Part shown: positions 31,168 to 40,652 of the stretch, in pieces
Layout of the letters: each line of letters begins with the position of its first letter
Numbering within the stretch: the first letter of the stretch is position 1
NCBI GenBank assembly: GCA_963830365.1
Contig: CAWHMU010000042.1
Coordinates: 32,001 to 96,000 of the forward strand
Source of the DNA: an uncultured Chlamydiae bacterium
Lineage (GTDB): Bacteria > Chlamydiota > Chlamydiia > Chlamydiales > Parachlamydiaceae
Direction of reading: 5' to 3'
DNA length: 64,000 nucleotides
The notes under the pieces: generated by a model
Seen by the model: only the letters and a program-made list of their open reading frames with translations
Database searches by the model: none
Told to the model about the DNA's origin: nothing
Program-made: the position numbers and the translations under genes

Positions 31168-31655
31168 GGTTCATCTGACAAATGAGGACCTTTAGCAGGT
31201 AAAAGTATTAAGTCCTCAGATTTTGGTACAGGGTCTTTTGATTAAAAAGATTTGATAGGCCATTCAGTGATATAAACTCGCCGTGCCAGAGGGCGCGCCC
31301 GATTTTGCATGATGTATTTTTGTTGAGCCCCGTCAAGGGGCGGCCATATTTGTAGCCCATGGTGTAGTGCCAAGGGCACAAACCATGGGTGTCCTAAGAA
31401 AGAAAAACAGCCCCGAGGGGGCGTTATAATTGTTCTTTATTTTCATGCTGCTGATAGAAGCGAAGGAATTATAACGCCCCTCTGGGGCTGGATTGCTTTG
31501 GGATTGTGACCCACGGTTTGCGTCATTGACGCTACACCGTGGGCTACAAATATGGCCGCCCCTTGACGGGGCTTAGCAGCAAATGCATGATGGCCGAAGT
31601 TATCTGAGGACTTAATACTTTTACCTACCAAAGGTCCTGATTTGTCGGATGAACC
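31168..31655. mobile_element. MITE (GGTTCATC ends) enclosing a REPIN-like palindrome at 31326-31575
   Basis: GGTTCATCTGACAAATGAGGACC / GGTCCTGATTTGTCGGATGAACC; perfect 8-bp TSD ATAATTTA; internal AGCCCCGTCAAGGGGCGGCCATATTTGTAGCCCA is mirrored. Confidence 0.9.
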
Positions 31656-32072
31656 ATAATTTATTTTGGCGACATTGGGTTGACACCTGTGGCTACATGC
31701 TTCCGCCGTATTCACGGTTAACTTAAGCCTCCAGATCCTGGAGTTTAAATGGATGAAATAGAAAACAGCCTTGCTACCTATTAAATCTTTTTAATCAAAA
31801 GAGCCTGGTTGCGGCTGTCTACGCTTGCGCTCGCGAGCTTTAAACTATGGAAAACCGCCAAACACCATTTAACACCATAGGAGTTATTCTCTTTTTTGCT
31901 TCTTGTAAAAGCACCATTTTGCCGGTTGAACCACTTTTTTTAAAGTGCACGACGGCCTGGCTAGTTACAATTTTCCTGGGGCTGGCAGGGTATGCTTTGA
32001 ACTGGACTTCGGGTTATTTATCGTTGTATAATCTGAGTTTTTTTTAAGCTAGATTTTGCAGATGGTGAAAGC

Positions 32073-33023
32073 ATGATGAAAACCGGGAATTTTTTGTTTT
32101 TTCTAACTCTGTTTGTATCAACATTTTCGGGCTTATCAAAGGCTTCGGCGGCAGTGTTGCATCCTCAGGATGTCAGAGAAATTTTTGTCGAGGCTGATCA
32201 GGCACAGCTCTTTTGCCGGGTCGTCGGCAAGGGGAGGCCGTTGGTGGTGCTGCATGGCGGTCCGGGGTTGACACAAGACTATCTGTTGCCGCAGCTGTAT
32301 AAGTTGGGTGAGGCCAATCTGGTAATTTTCTATGATCAGAGAGGGTGTGGGAGGTCGACAGGCGAAATCAATGCCGATACAATCACCATGGAAGCCTTTG
32401 TAAATGATCTGGAGGCTATCCGGCAGGCATTTAAATTTGATAAAATTTCAGTGCTTGGCCATTCATGGGGTGGTTTTTTGGCTATGCAATATGCAATTGC
32501 CTATCCGGAGAAGGTTGAAAAGCTTATTCTGTCAAATTCGATGGCGGCATCGGCGGATGAGTTTTCCCTCTTTATTCAGGAGTATATCCGCCGCACCGCG
32601 CCCTATCAGGCCGAACTCAAAGAGATTCAAAGCGCGCCACCATTCAGCGAAGGTGATCCGGAGCTTGTCGAACGCAACTACCGCCTGATTTTTCGTGCCT
32701 ATTGCTATCTGCCGGCCAAAGCCGAGCTGCTTAATCTGCGTATGCCGGCTAGTGCTTCCGTCAACGGCACGAAGGTTTATGAAAACTTACGCCGGAATGT
32801 ATTTACGCAGCCTTTTGATCTGCACGGGGCCTTAAAGGGCTTAAATGTGCCGACTTTAATCATACACGGCGATGCCGATCCTGTTCCGGCCAGCACCGCC
32901 CAGCATGTGCATGCCAGCATTTCCCATTCAAAGTACCTGTTGATGAAAAATTGCGGTCATTTCCCTTATGTTGAAGATCCCGAAACCTATTTAAGTCATC
33001 TAAAAGACTTTTTGAGGCCATAG
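32073..33023 (+). CDS. Proline iminopeptidase-like alpha/beta hydrolase
   Basis: HGGPG, YDQRGCGRS, GHSWGG, GHFPYVE. Confidence 0.9.
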   Translation: MMKTGNFLFFLTLFVSTFSGLSKASAAVLHPQDVREIFVEADQAQLFCRVVGKGRPLVVLHGGPGLTQDYLLPQLYKLGEANLVIFYDQRGCGRSTGEINADTITMEAFVNDLEAIRQAFKFDKISVLGHSWGGFLAMQYAIAYPEKVEKLILSNSMAASADEFSLFIQEYIRRTAPYQAELKEIQSAPPFSEGDPELVERNYRLIFRAYCYLPAKAELLNLRMPASASVNGTKVYENLRRNVFTQPFDLHGALKGLNVPTLIIHGDADPVPASTAQHVHASISHSKYLLMKNCGHFPYVEDPETYLSHLKDFLRP

Positions 33024-34210
33024 TGAATTCTCAGTTTGCAACGACAGCTTTTCTTTTGATATTGATATCGTTGGGATATGTGGCGACAGACATGTATTTA
33101 CCGTCGCTACCTGCCATGGCGTTGTATTTTCATGCCAGCGAGAATCAGGTGCAGATGACACTGTTTTCCTATTTGCTGAGCTTCTCGTTTAGTCCGCTCA
33201 TCTTCGGCCCTTTGTCGGATCATCTAGGAAGGAAAAAAGTAATTTTCGGTGGCCTCGTGATAAGCCTTTTGGCTACTTTGGGCTGTCTGTTTGCGCAAAA
33301 CATTTATATCTTGATTGGGGTCCGCTTCCTGCAAGGTATCGGCACAGGCGCTGTATTGATCGCTGCGCGAGCGACGGTATCGGATTTATTTAGCGGCAAG
33401 CTGTTGGCCAAACAAATATCATTCATGACCATGCTCATGCCGCTTGTGATGGCGATCGCGCCGACTCTTGGTGGAGTATTGCAAGAAAGGTTCCAGTGGC
33501 AGGCTGTTTTTGTATTTCTCATTGGTTACATGGCCATCATTCTCATTGGCGTAGTTTTTAAACCTGAGACTTTGAAAAGACCCAGCCATAAAAAGATTTC
33601 CCAAATTTTTTCAACCTATCGTGAACACTTGAGCAACCGCTTGTTTGTGGCTTTTGGCGTAAATTTTGTGCTGCCTGCGTTCGGCATGTTTGCGTATTTG
33701 ACGTCCAGCCCCTTCTTATTTCAACAGGTGATCGGGTTGACACCTATCGAATATGGATCGCTTGCGCTTTATGTGGGAGGCGTGATCCTGGTTACAGGCT
33801 ATATCAATTTGAAACTGGTGCATTATTATTCCGTGACACAGATATTATATGTAGGCGCAGGTCTTATTTTGTTTGCGGGCAGCCTGCTACTGTGTTTCCA
33901 CCTGCTGGGCATTTTAACCACCTGGTCGCTGCTAGTGCCGGCGTTGATCTTTTTCACCTGCATGCCGCTTTGCGTGGCGAATGCCGGCTCTAAATCCATG
34001 GGCCTGATCCAAGAGCATTTCGGGGCTGCCAGCGCTCTGCTATCAACCCTTCAATTTTTTGTGGGCGCTTTGGGAAGTTTCATCTTCGCGTTGATTGCCG
34101 ACGAGACGCAGTTGCCGCTGGCCATATGCTTTATTTGCGTAGGTTTTTTGTCAATGGTGAATTTGAAATACGCCTGCAAGCTGGAAATAAAGCTGCAAGC
34201 TAAGGGGTAA
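33023..34210 (+). CDS. Bcr/CflA family MFS multidrug efflux transporter
   Basis: TDMYLPSLP, GPLSDHLGRKKV, GAASALL. Confidence 0.92.
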   Translation: MNSQFATTAFLLILISLGYVATDMYLPSLPAMALYFHASENQVQMTLFSYLLSFSFSPLIFGPLSDHLGRKKVIFGGLVISLLATLGCLFAQNIYILIGVRFLQGIGTGAVLIAARATVSDLFSGKLLAKQISFMTMLMPLVMAIAPTLGGVLQERFQWQAVFVFLIGYMAIILIGVVFKPETLKRPSHKKISQIFSTYREHLSNRLFVAFGVNFVLPAFGMFAYLTSSPFLFQQVIGLTPIEYGSLALYVGGVILVTGYINLKLVHYYSVTQILYVGAGLILFAGSLLLCFHLLGILTTWSLLVPALIFFTCMPLCVANAGSKSMGLIQEHFGAASALLSTLQFFVGALGSFIFALIADETQLPLAICFICVGFLSMVNLKYACKLEIKLQAKG

Positions 34211-34263
34211 ATAGGATAGTAATCAAACATCATTGTCCTTAAGTTAACAGGCTGTGGATGCGA

Positions 34264-34566
34264 TTCAACGCAAAGCGGAGCAGAGACGCAAAGGAAGGCC
34301 ATTCACCACAGAGGCACCAAGACACAGAGAAGCCAGCAGCGACTGTAACAGGATGGCCGCATAGCCATGATGCTGGCGCTGTGAGGCATGCCCCTCGGCT
34401 GGCTTATGCCATCCGACGGATGGATATCGGTCCTGGCCGAGGCTTTTTTTATTTTGCTGCGCAAGTCCTGTCTATCCTGCCATCCTGATATAGGTGCAGC
34501 TGGCTTCTCTGTGTCTCTGTGCCTCTGTGGTAAACTCCTTTGCATCTTTGCGTGCTTTGCGTTGAA
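34264..34566. repeat. Palindromic CACAGAG/ACAGGAT composite repeat between convergent genes
   Basis: TTCAACGCAAAGC..CACAGAGGCAC..ACAGAGAAGCCAGC mirrored by GCTGGCTTCTCTGTG..GTGCCTCTGTGG..GCTTTGCGTTGAA. Confidence 0.8.
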
Positions 34567-34583
34567 AATGATACGACGATTCC

Positions 34584-35444
34584 TCAATCCGATCTGCAGG
34601 CGTCGATCAAGATGTAGCCGCGGTAGCTGCAGCTATCCATGGTGTGCATGCTTTGGTACAGGTCTGTCAGCTTGATCCATAGCCAGCCATTTGCATCAGC
34701 GGCGGTGTCAAGAATCAAGACGGTATCGGTGATCGCCTCATAGGCTGCGACAGGGGAGACATGTCCTCCTCCCTGCCGGTCATAAATCGCCACGTTATAA
34801 TTGACGATGAGATATTTGATAGGGTTGGCGGTCATTATTTTTACTGTATTGCGGAAGGCTTCGATGTCGTCCGTGTTGGCTGACACTACATGGTGGGCCT
34901 CGGCGGTTAAACCCTGCAAGTTGAGGGCGAGCGTAAGCCTGTCAAGCTCCAGGCCGCGCTGGTATGCCCCGCATACTTTTTCTTTGCCTTCTAACAGTGG
35001 TCTGTCGATGGTGTTTGAGACGTTATCGTTGTAAAAGTTGTCTTCTGTCCAGACATATTGTGCATATAGGGTGTTTGTTTCAGGCACATAGCATGCGCCC
35101 TTTTTTGATAGGGGAGGAGCTTGACCGCTGTGGGCGTCGACGGCATTGAGGATGATGACTGCCGAGGCGATGGCGCATGAACAGATCATTTGCTGCGGGG
35201 CATAGTGGGGAGCCAATTTGAAGAAAGCCTTTTTATAATCCGACCTTTCAAAGATAGCGATCCCTTCGTCGCTGTCGAAGGGAATGGCGGCCATGCTCTG
35301 CGAGTAGGGACTGAGGGTAAAGTTGTTGTAGCTAAACTCTATGACTGTCGGCAAGGGGCAGTTTTCCATTGCGGCCATGCTGGCAAGATTTGCAAATATG
35401 CCGATGGCGGCTATCCATGGGATGTTCGATACATAATTTCTCAT
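34584..35444 (-). CDS. Phytochelatin synthase family (papain-like) protein
   Basis: QQMICSCAIAS (catalytic Cys), GGGHVSPVAAY (His), VLILDTA (Asp), RGYILI. Confidence 0.85.
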   Translation of the reverse strand: MRNYVSNIPWIAAIGIFANLASMAAMENCPLPTVIEFSYNNFTLSPYSQSMAAIPFDSDEGIAIFERSDYKKAFFKLAPHYAPQQMICSCAIASAVIILNAVDAHSGQAPPLSKKGACYVPETNTLYAQYVWTEDNFYNDNVSNTIDRPLLEGKEKVCGAYQRGLELDRLTLALNLQGLTAEAHHVVSANTDDIEAFRNTVKIMTANPIKYLIVNYNVAIYDRQGGGHVSPVAAYEAITDTVLILDTAADANGWLWIKLTDLYQSMHTMDSCSYRGYILIDACRSD

Positions 35445-36119
35445 GCTTCACCTCCTGGTAATACGAGGTACATGAGATCGGCTGAAAATTCAAGTGCTGA
35501 ATATATAAATTCTTTTAAGTTCAGTGCACAGGAAGTGGTTTCGCTTATTTTAAAGCCTCGCTAGAGGCGGAAGCATGTAGCCACAGGTTTACACCTATGG
35601 CTACCTGCCGCCGCCGTTTTCACGGCTAACTCAAGATTTTGGTCTGGATGTCTATGTGCACGAAATTAAACCAACAGCCCAAAACTCATTATTGTGAAGG
35701 TGACTACCACACTCCTTTTACGCTGACTTATTGAGAAGTTATGGTATTTCTTCCTGCTTCTTAGCTTGTTGGGAAATTGCAAAAAATGGGTTCATCACAC
35801 AAATTAGTGGTTGACATTCATCCAGTTTTGGGGCCAAAGACGTGAAGTAGAGTATAGAGATGTTACTAGGCGAAGCCCATCTCTTTGTAGCCCGTTAGCT
35901 AAGGCTTGCGAGCGAAAGCGAAGACAGCCGCAGCTACGGGTTTTACAAACAAAAGATAACCCCATCGGGGCTCTTCTCTTTATGTCCTTATACCTTAATA
36001 GATTAAAAGAGAAGAACCCCGATGGGGTTAAGCAGTCAATTTACTGTTCCCGTAGCTAAGGCTGTCTTCGCTTTCGCTCGCAAGCCTTAGCTGACGGGCT
36101 TCCGAGTAACAATAGGTTG

Positions 36120-36390
36120 AATGCTTACGAAACTTATGCCTGCGTTATTGGTGGATATTTCATCATTTCTCCTGCTTTTGGAGTCGAAAGGCATTAATCA
36201 TTAAAAAGGCGGAGGAAAGAACATAATGCCAGGCGATCTTCCGAACGGGATAGCTATGCTTCCCAATGATATTATCGCGATTCTTTCCGACCAAGCTACA
36301 AAACGGGCATTCAGCACCAGTGCTCGATGGGTCAATTTTTTCCACGAATTTTTGATTACCGCTATTCAACCGGTCTTACTTTTTTTGTCT
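36120..36390 (-). ncRNA. Candidate bridge/seek RNA in the 3' non-coding end of IS110 (boundaries approximate)
   Basis: GCTACAAA (36295-36302) matches the target flank; CTTCCGA (36238-36244) matches the donor junction; local hairpins. Confidence 0.55.
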
Positions 36391-36393
36391 TTT

Positions 36394-37791
36394 TTACGCC
36401 GCTACGGCAACTAGTTTATAACCTAATTTTTCAGCTTTTTTATGCAACCCAGCCAAGTTTTTCATTGCATGCATTTTTTCATTATATTCGGCTCCTTTTT
36501 CATAATATTGCCAGCCTTCCTTACACATGTGATATACCATTGTCGCTAGCTTATGCGCTCCAGCCTTAATCCCTTTAGAGTTGTCCGTTCGGCCGCATAT
36601 GCGCCTGATATGTGCTCCCAATGCTGCATCTGATTTTTTAGCTGCCACTGCAGACATTCTTAAAGCTTGTGAAATGTAATTGGCGCTTGGTTTTTGCCTT
36701 TTGCTTTTACGTCGTTTGCCTCCTGAAACATTGTTGCCGGGGGACAGTTTCAACCAGGAAGAAAATGCTTTTTCGCTATTCCATGCACTTACGTCAGTCC
36801 CTCCAAGTTCTGAATAAATGAGTAGAGCAGTACTATCTGCTATACCTGGCAGGGCAGTTAGGTCTATTCCCGTTTTTCTCCAGAGAGTGTCTCTGACACC
36901 AAAACAAAGATCATTTTTCTTAGGTTTTTTGAATTGAGAAAACTGAGGACGCTTTTTTTTATCCTTATGGTTCTCTGGTGGAGGCGTATTGACTACATCA
37001 GGAAATCGCTCAAGCTCCTTCTGAATGCATTCGTCACATGCGTCCAGCTGTTTATGTGCAAAATCGTATTGATCTAGGGCTTGCTTTAGCGAAAAAATAT
37101 GTTCATCTTGATAATTCCCTGTCAGAGCTGCTACAAATAGGCTCTCTTCTTTTTTGCAAAGCTTATTCCTCATTGCAGCTAACTTATATGGATCTCTTTC
37201 ACCAGCTGCTATTGCTCGTGTTATATTTAAACCGGAGACTCCCGCTATATCGCTTACAGCGGTGCTCAGCTTGATATTCATTAGCTGCAAGGCTTTTTCC
37301 ATATGCAGAAGTGCATATTGCTTCGTTTTGATGACATTCATGCGCTGTCTTACATACGCCCGCAATTTTAAACGATCGCGTGGCGGGCGATAAGCAGCTC
37401 TTAATAGACCACAAGAATATAATGTTTGGATCCATTGAGCATCCACCACATCAGTTTTTCTCCCTGGTGGATTTTTTACATTTTTAGCATCCACTAAGAC
37501 AGGCATCAAGCCTGATTCTTCCATAATTTCATATAGGGGAATCCAATAAACACCCGTAGCTTCCATAACACCAATTTCTACTTTAGCCTCTTTAAGAACT
37601 TTGACTATTTCACGGAGTTGAGGTGTCGTTGTACCAAATTCCCTCACGTAAGAACCACCTTTACCATCAGGAATAGCTACATGGATTAGCTTATCTCCTA
37701 TATCGATGCCAGCAACAGTAGGATCGATATATCCAAGCCTGTTTTTATGTTGTTGTTTTTTGAAATGATTGGAATTGCTATTATTAGACAT
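36394..37791 (-). CDS. IS110 family DEDD transposase/recombinase
   Basis: GIDIGD, MEATGVYW, KTDVVDA (DEDD); C-terminal LPGI..VSGGK Tnp serine loop; intact 465 aa. Confidence 0.95.
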   Translation of the reverse strand: MSNNSNSNHFKKQQHKNRLGYIDPTVAGIDIGDKLIHVAIPDGKGGSYVREFGTTTPQLREIVKVLKEAKVEIGVMEATGVYWIPLYEIMEESGLMPVLVDAKNVKNPPGRKTDVVDAQWIQTLYSCGLLRAAYRPPRDRLKLRAYVRQRMNVIKTKQYALLHMEKALQLMNIKLSTAVSDIAGVSGLNITRAIAAGERDPYKLAAMRNKLCKKEESLFVAALTGNYQDEHIFSLKQALDQYDFAHKQLDACDECIQKELERFPDVVNTPPPENHKDKKKRPQFSQFKKPKKNDLCFGVRDTLWRKTGIDLTALPGIADSTALLIYSELGGTDVSAWNSEKAFSSWLKLSPGNNVSGGKRRKSKRQKPSANYISQALRMSAVAAKKSDAALGAHIRRICGRTDNSKGIKAGAHKLATMVYHMCKEGWQYYEKGAEYNEKMHAMKNLAGLHKKAEKLGYKLVAVAA

Positions 37792-38368
37792 GAACGATCT
37801 CCTTTTAGCTTTTTACTGTGAGAAAAAGAAAGCTATTATAAGAGATCGTTCTTTTTTTTTCGAATTATGACAACCGTTACTTTCCAGATATCAGCGTTAA
37901 ACCGCTTGGGCGCTACAAAGAGATGGGTTTGTCCATGCCTTGCTTCACATCTTTAACCTGCAAAAAATGATGAACCACTTTTCAACCACTCATTTGTGTG
38001 ATGAGCTAAAAAATGTATATTTGGTTTGGGTTAGTTAATGTTTGTCTAAGTAAAATGAATATAGGAAATATAAATGAACACCAAACAATTTGATAATGGG
38101 GTGCGTTCTTATCCGGTGCCGCTCATGTGTTATCTAGATCCTTTGTCTATCTTAGTGCTGCCCGTTCATTCTTCCCATCATCACGAGCATCCTGCTCATT
38201 CATAGACTCTTTTAATTTCATATTCGTTTTTTGAATCGGTTTCAGCGTTTGAATTTGTATTGATGCTATTTGCAACCTGTTCAGAATAAATAATATACAA
38301 TCATTTGTTTTAAAGATTGCCTGTCGGCGTGCGAGCGTCAACAGGCTAAATATATTTTAGGATTTTCG

Positions 38369-39034
38369 ATGAAACCAAAATCAATTGGTATCGTAGGGGG
38401 AGCCGGACCATTAGCGGGGGCGTCCCTGCTTGAACGAGTATTGCGCCTTTCGGGAAGCGCCTATGGGTGCTATCGAGATGGCGATTTTCCCAAAGTGTTG
38501 CTGCTCAGCTTTCCGTTTTCGGAAATGCTCACTCCCGGAATGGATGTGGCTCAACTGCAAAATGAGCTCAGTCAATGCTTGAAGCAGTTGCGAGAAAATG
38601 GCGCTGCCGTTTTAGCGATTGCCTGCAATACCCTGCATGCCTTTTTAAATGAGGATGAAGAGCTAACAGACTTCATCCATATGCCAAAAGAGCTGGCGAT
38701 GCAGATTTCGCCGGCAGAGATCCCGCTTGTGCTTTGCACAACGACATCTAAGCAATTTGGACTGCACCGTCGATTTTTCAGATGTGCCTATCCTGACGAT
38801 GAAACGCAAGGGAGGGTCGATAACCTTATCAGCCAGATCCTTAAAGGCACTGAGCAGCAAGTTGTCGTCGGCGAGCTGCGAGAGATCATAGAGTCGCAGA
38901 CAGCCTCTACCATCATATTGGGATGTACGGAACTATCGCTGTTTGCCAACCACATAGCCGCAGGCACTAAAACAATCATCGATCCATTGGATGTTGTCGC
39001 CGAGAAGATTTTAGAAAAGACATTTTCCAGCTAA
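38369..39034 (+). CDS. Aspartate/glutamate racemase family protein
   Basis: IGIVGGAGP, IACNTLH, ILGCTELS. Confidence 0.9.
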   Translation: MKPKSIGIVGGAGPLAGASLLERVLRLSGSAYGCYRDGDFPKVLLLSFPFSEMLTPGMDVAQLQNELSQCLKQLRENGAAVLAIACNTLHAFLNEDEELTDFIHMPKELAMQISPAEIPLVLCTTTSKQFGLHRRFFRCAYPDDETQGRVDNLISQILKGTEQQVVVGELREIIESQTASTIILGCTELSLFANHIAAGTKTIIDPLDVVAEKILEKTFSS

Positions 39035-39200
39035 CAGGATGATGTCGCGAAGCTGAAGCGAGAGGATTTATCTTCACATGGTTTTCCGGGTCATGATTTT
39101 CCGGGTCATGGCTGAAATTCAACATAGGCGAGGAAAGCGCTTTTCTGTTATCAAGAGGTCTACAAGATGAGTTTTATGAATTTGAGGGATAGGGGAGCGC

Positions 39201-40646
39201 ATGGCGAAGATTTTGGTGGCGGGAGCGACGGGGTTTGTGGGCAAAAGGTTGATCTTCACCCTTTTGGAGCAAGGGCATGAAGTTTATGCTTTGTGCCGGG
39301 TTCATGGAAACCCGGTTTTTGGAGATGACAGGCCGCATCTGCATTATATTTGGGGGGACTTAAGAAGCAAAGAGACATTGCCAGAGTTTCCAAAAGATAT
39401 TGAGGCGGCCTATTATTTAGTCCATTCGATGTCGGAAATTGTCGGAGATCTGGCCAAAGCTGAATTGGAGGTAGCTGAAAATTTCATTGCCGCTTTGAAA
39501 AGGACGCAAACCGGACAGATTATCTATTTGGGTGGCATTATCAATGATGAAAAGGCATTGTCTCCCCATCTTAGGTCGAGATTATTGGTTGAGGATATAT
39601 TGAAGAAGAGCTCGATTCCGACGACGATCCTGCGGGCAAGTATTATCATAGGTTCCGGCAGCGCTTCTTTTGAGATTATCAGGGACTTGTCTGAAAAGTT
39701 GCCCTTTATGATTGCTCCCAAATGGTTGAATTCCCCTTGCCAGCCGATTGCCATTCAAGATGTGCTATTTTATCTTTCGCAGGTGCTGCTCAATAAGCAG
39801 TGTTATCATCAGACCTTCGATATTGGCGGCAGGGAAGTATTGACTTTCAAGGAATTGCTGCTCGAATATGCCGCCTTCAGGCATTTGAAGAGATATGTGT
39901 TCGATGTGCCTGTGCTGACGCCACGGCTATCAAGTTTTTGGCTGGTATTCATTACTTCGGTGCGGTTCTCTATCTGCTTTTATCTTGTCGAAAGCATCAA
40001 GACAAGTTCCGTGGTGCGTCTGGATGGAATCCAAAAAATCATCCCCCATCAATGTTTAACCTTTAAACAGGCTTTGCAGCTAGCCTTTCAGAATATAGCC
40101 CAGAATGAAGTGGTATCGACATGGATGGATGCATGGGAAATCGAAGGCGTAAATACAGGCCATAAAAATTATATCCAGGTGCCCACAGAGGGGTGTCTGG
40201 TGGATGAACGGAGGGTTGGCATAAAGGACTCCAAAGAAGCTGCGTTAGCGCGCCTTTGGCGGCTTGGAGGGGATACAGGCTACTATGCCATGAATTGGGC
40301 CTGGAAGCTCAGGGGGCTGGTCGATCAGATGCTTGGCGGGGTCGGACTCAACCGCGGTAGGAGGCATCCATCAGAGATAAGCGTCGGGGATTCCATAGAT
40401 TTCTGGAAGGTGCTGCTTGCCGACAAAGAGCATGCAAAGCTTATTCTTTTTGCAGGCATGAAAATGCCCGGAGAGGCATGGCTGGAGTTTAAGATAGCAC
40501 CTGATGGAGATGGGTGGACGCTAGTCCAAACAGCTACCTTCCGGCCAAGGGGTATCATGGGACGTCTTTATTGGTATGGCCTATGGCCGTTTCATTTGTA
40601 TATTTTCAGGAAGATGGCCAACGCCCTGGCCGGCATAAATCATTAG
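39201..40646 (+). CDS. NAD(P)-binding SDR/epimerase with DUF2867 (YbjT-like)
   Basis: GATGFVG, YYLVHSM, RASIIIGSGSASFE, MKMPGEAWLEF. Confidence 0.9.
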   Translation: MAKILVAGATGFVGKRLIFTLLEQGHEVYALCRVHGNPVFGDDRPHLHYIWGDLRSKETLPEFPKDIEAAYYLVHSMSEIVGDLAKAELEVAENFIAALKRTQTGQIIYLGGIINDEKALSPHLRSRLLVEDILKKSSIPTTILRASIIIGSGSASFEIIRDLSEKLPFMIAPKWLNSPCQPIAIQDVLFYLSQVLLNKQCYHQTFDIGGREVLTFKELLLEYAAFRHLKRYVFDVPVLTPRLSSFWLVFITSVRFSICFYLVESIKTSSVVRLDGIQKIIPHQCLTFKQALQLAFQNIAQNEVVSTWMDAWEIEGVNTGHKNYIQVPTEGCLVDERRVGIKDSKEAALARLWRLGGDTGYYAMNWAWKLRGLVDQMLGGVGLNRGRRHPSEISVGDSIDFWKVLLADKEHAKLILFAGMKMPGEAWLEFKIAPDGDGWTLVQTATFRPRGIMGRLYWYGLWPFHLYIFRKMANALAGINH

Positions 40647-40652
40647 GACATC

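Larger units (their letters stand above)
36101..37914 (-). mobile_element. IS110-family insertion sequence inserted into a family D REP-like arm
   Basis: Removing it restores GACGGGCT|ACAAAGAGATGGG, the reverse complement of 35876-35895; GCT is present at both junctions (36098-36100, 37912-37914); no TIRs. Confidence 0.9.
35789..38007. mobile_element. Family A-ended composite element containing a REP-like palindrome and IS110
   Basis: GGTTCATCACACAAATTAGTGGTTGA / TCAACCACTCATTTGTGTGATGAGCT; perfect 8-bp TSD AAAAAATG (35781-35788, 38008-38015). Confidence 0.85.

Noticed and set aside
37792..37914. IS110 5' non-coding end as the guide RNA locus
   Set aside because: It is short (123 bp) and I found no target or donor matches there, whereas both occur in the 3' end
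39083..39110. Tandem duplication TTTTCCGGGTCATG x2
   Set aside because: A single local duplication with no further support for a function
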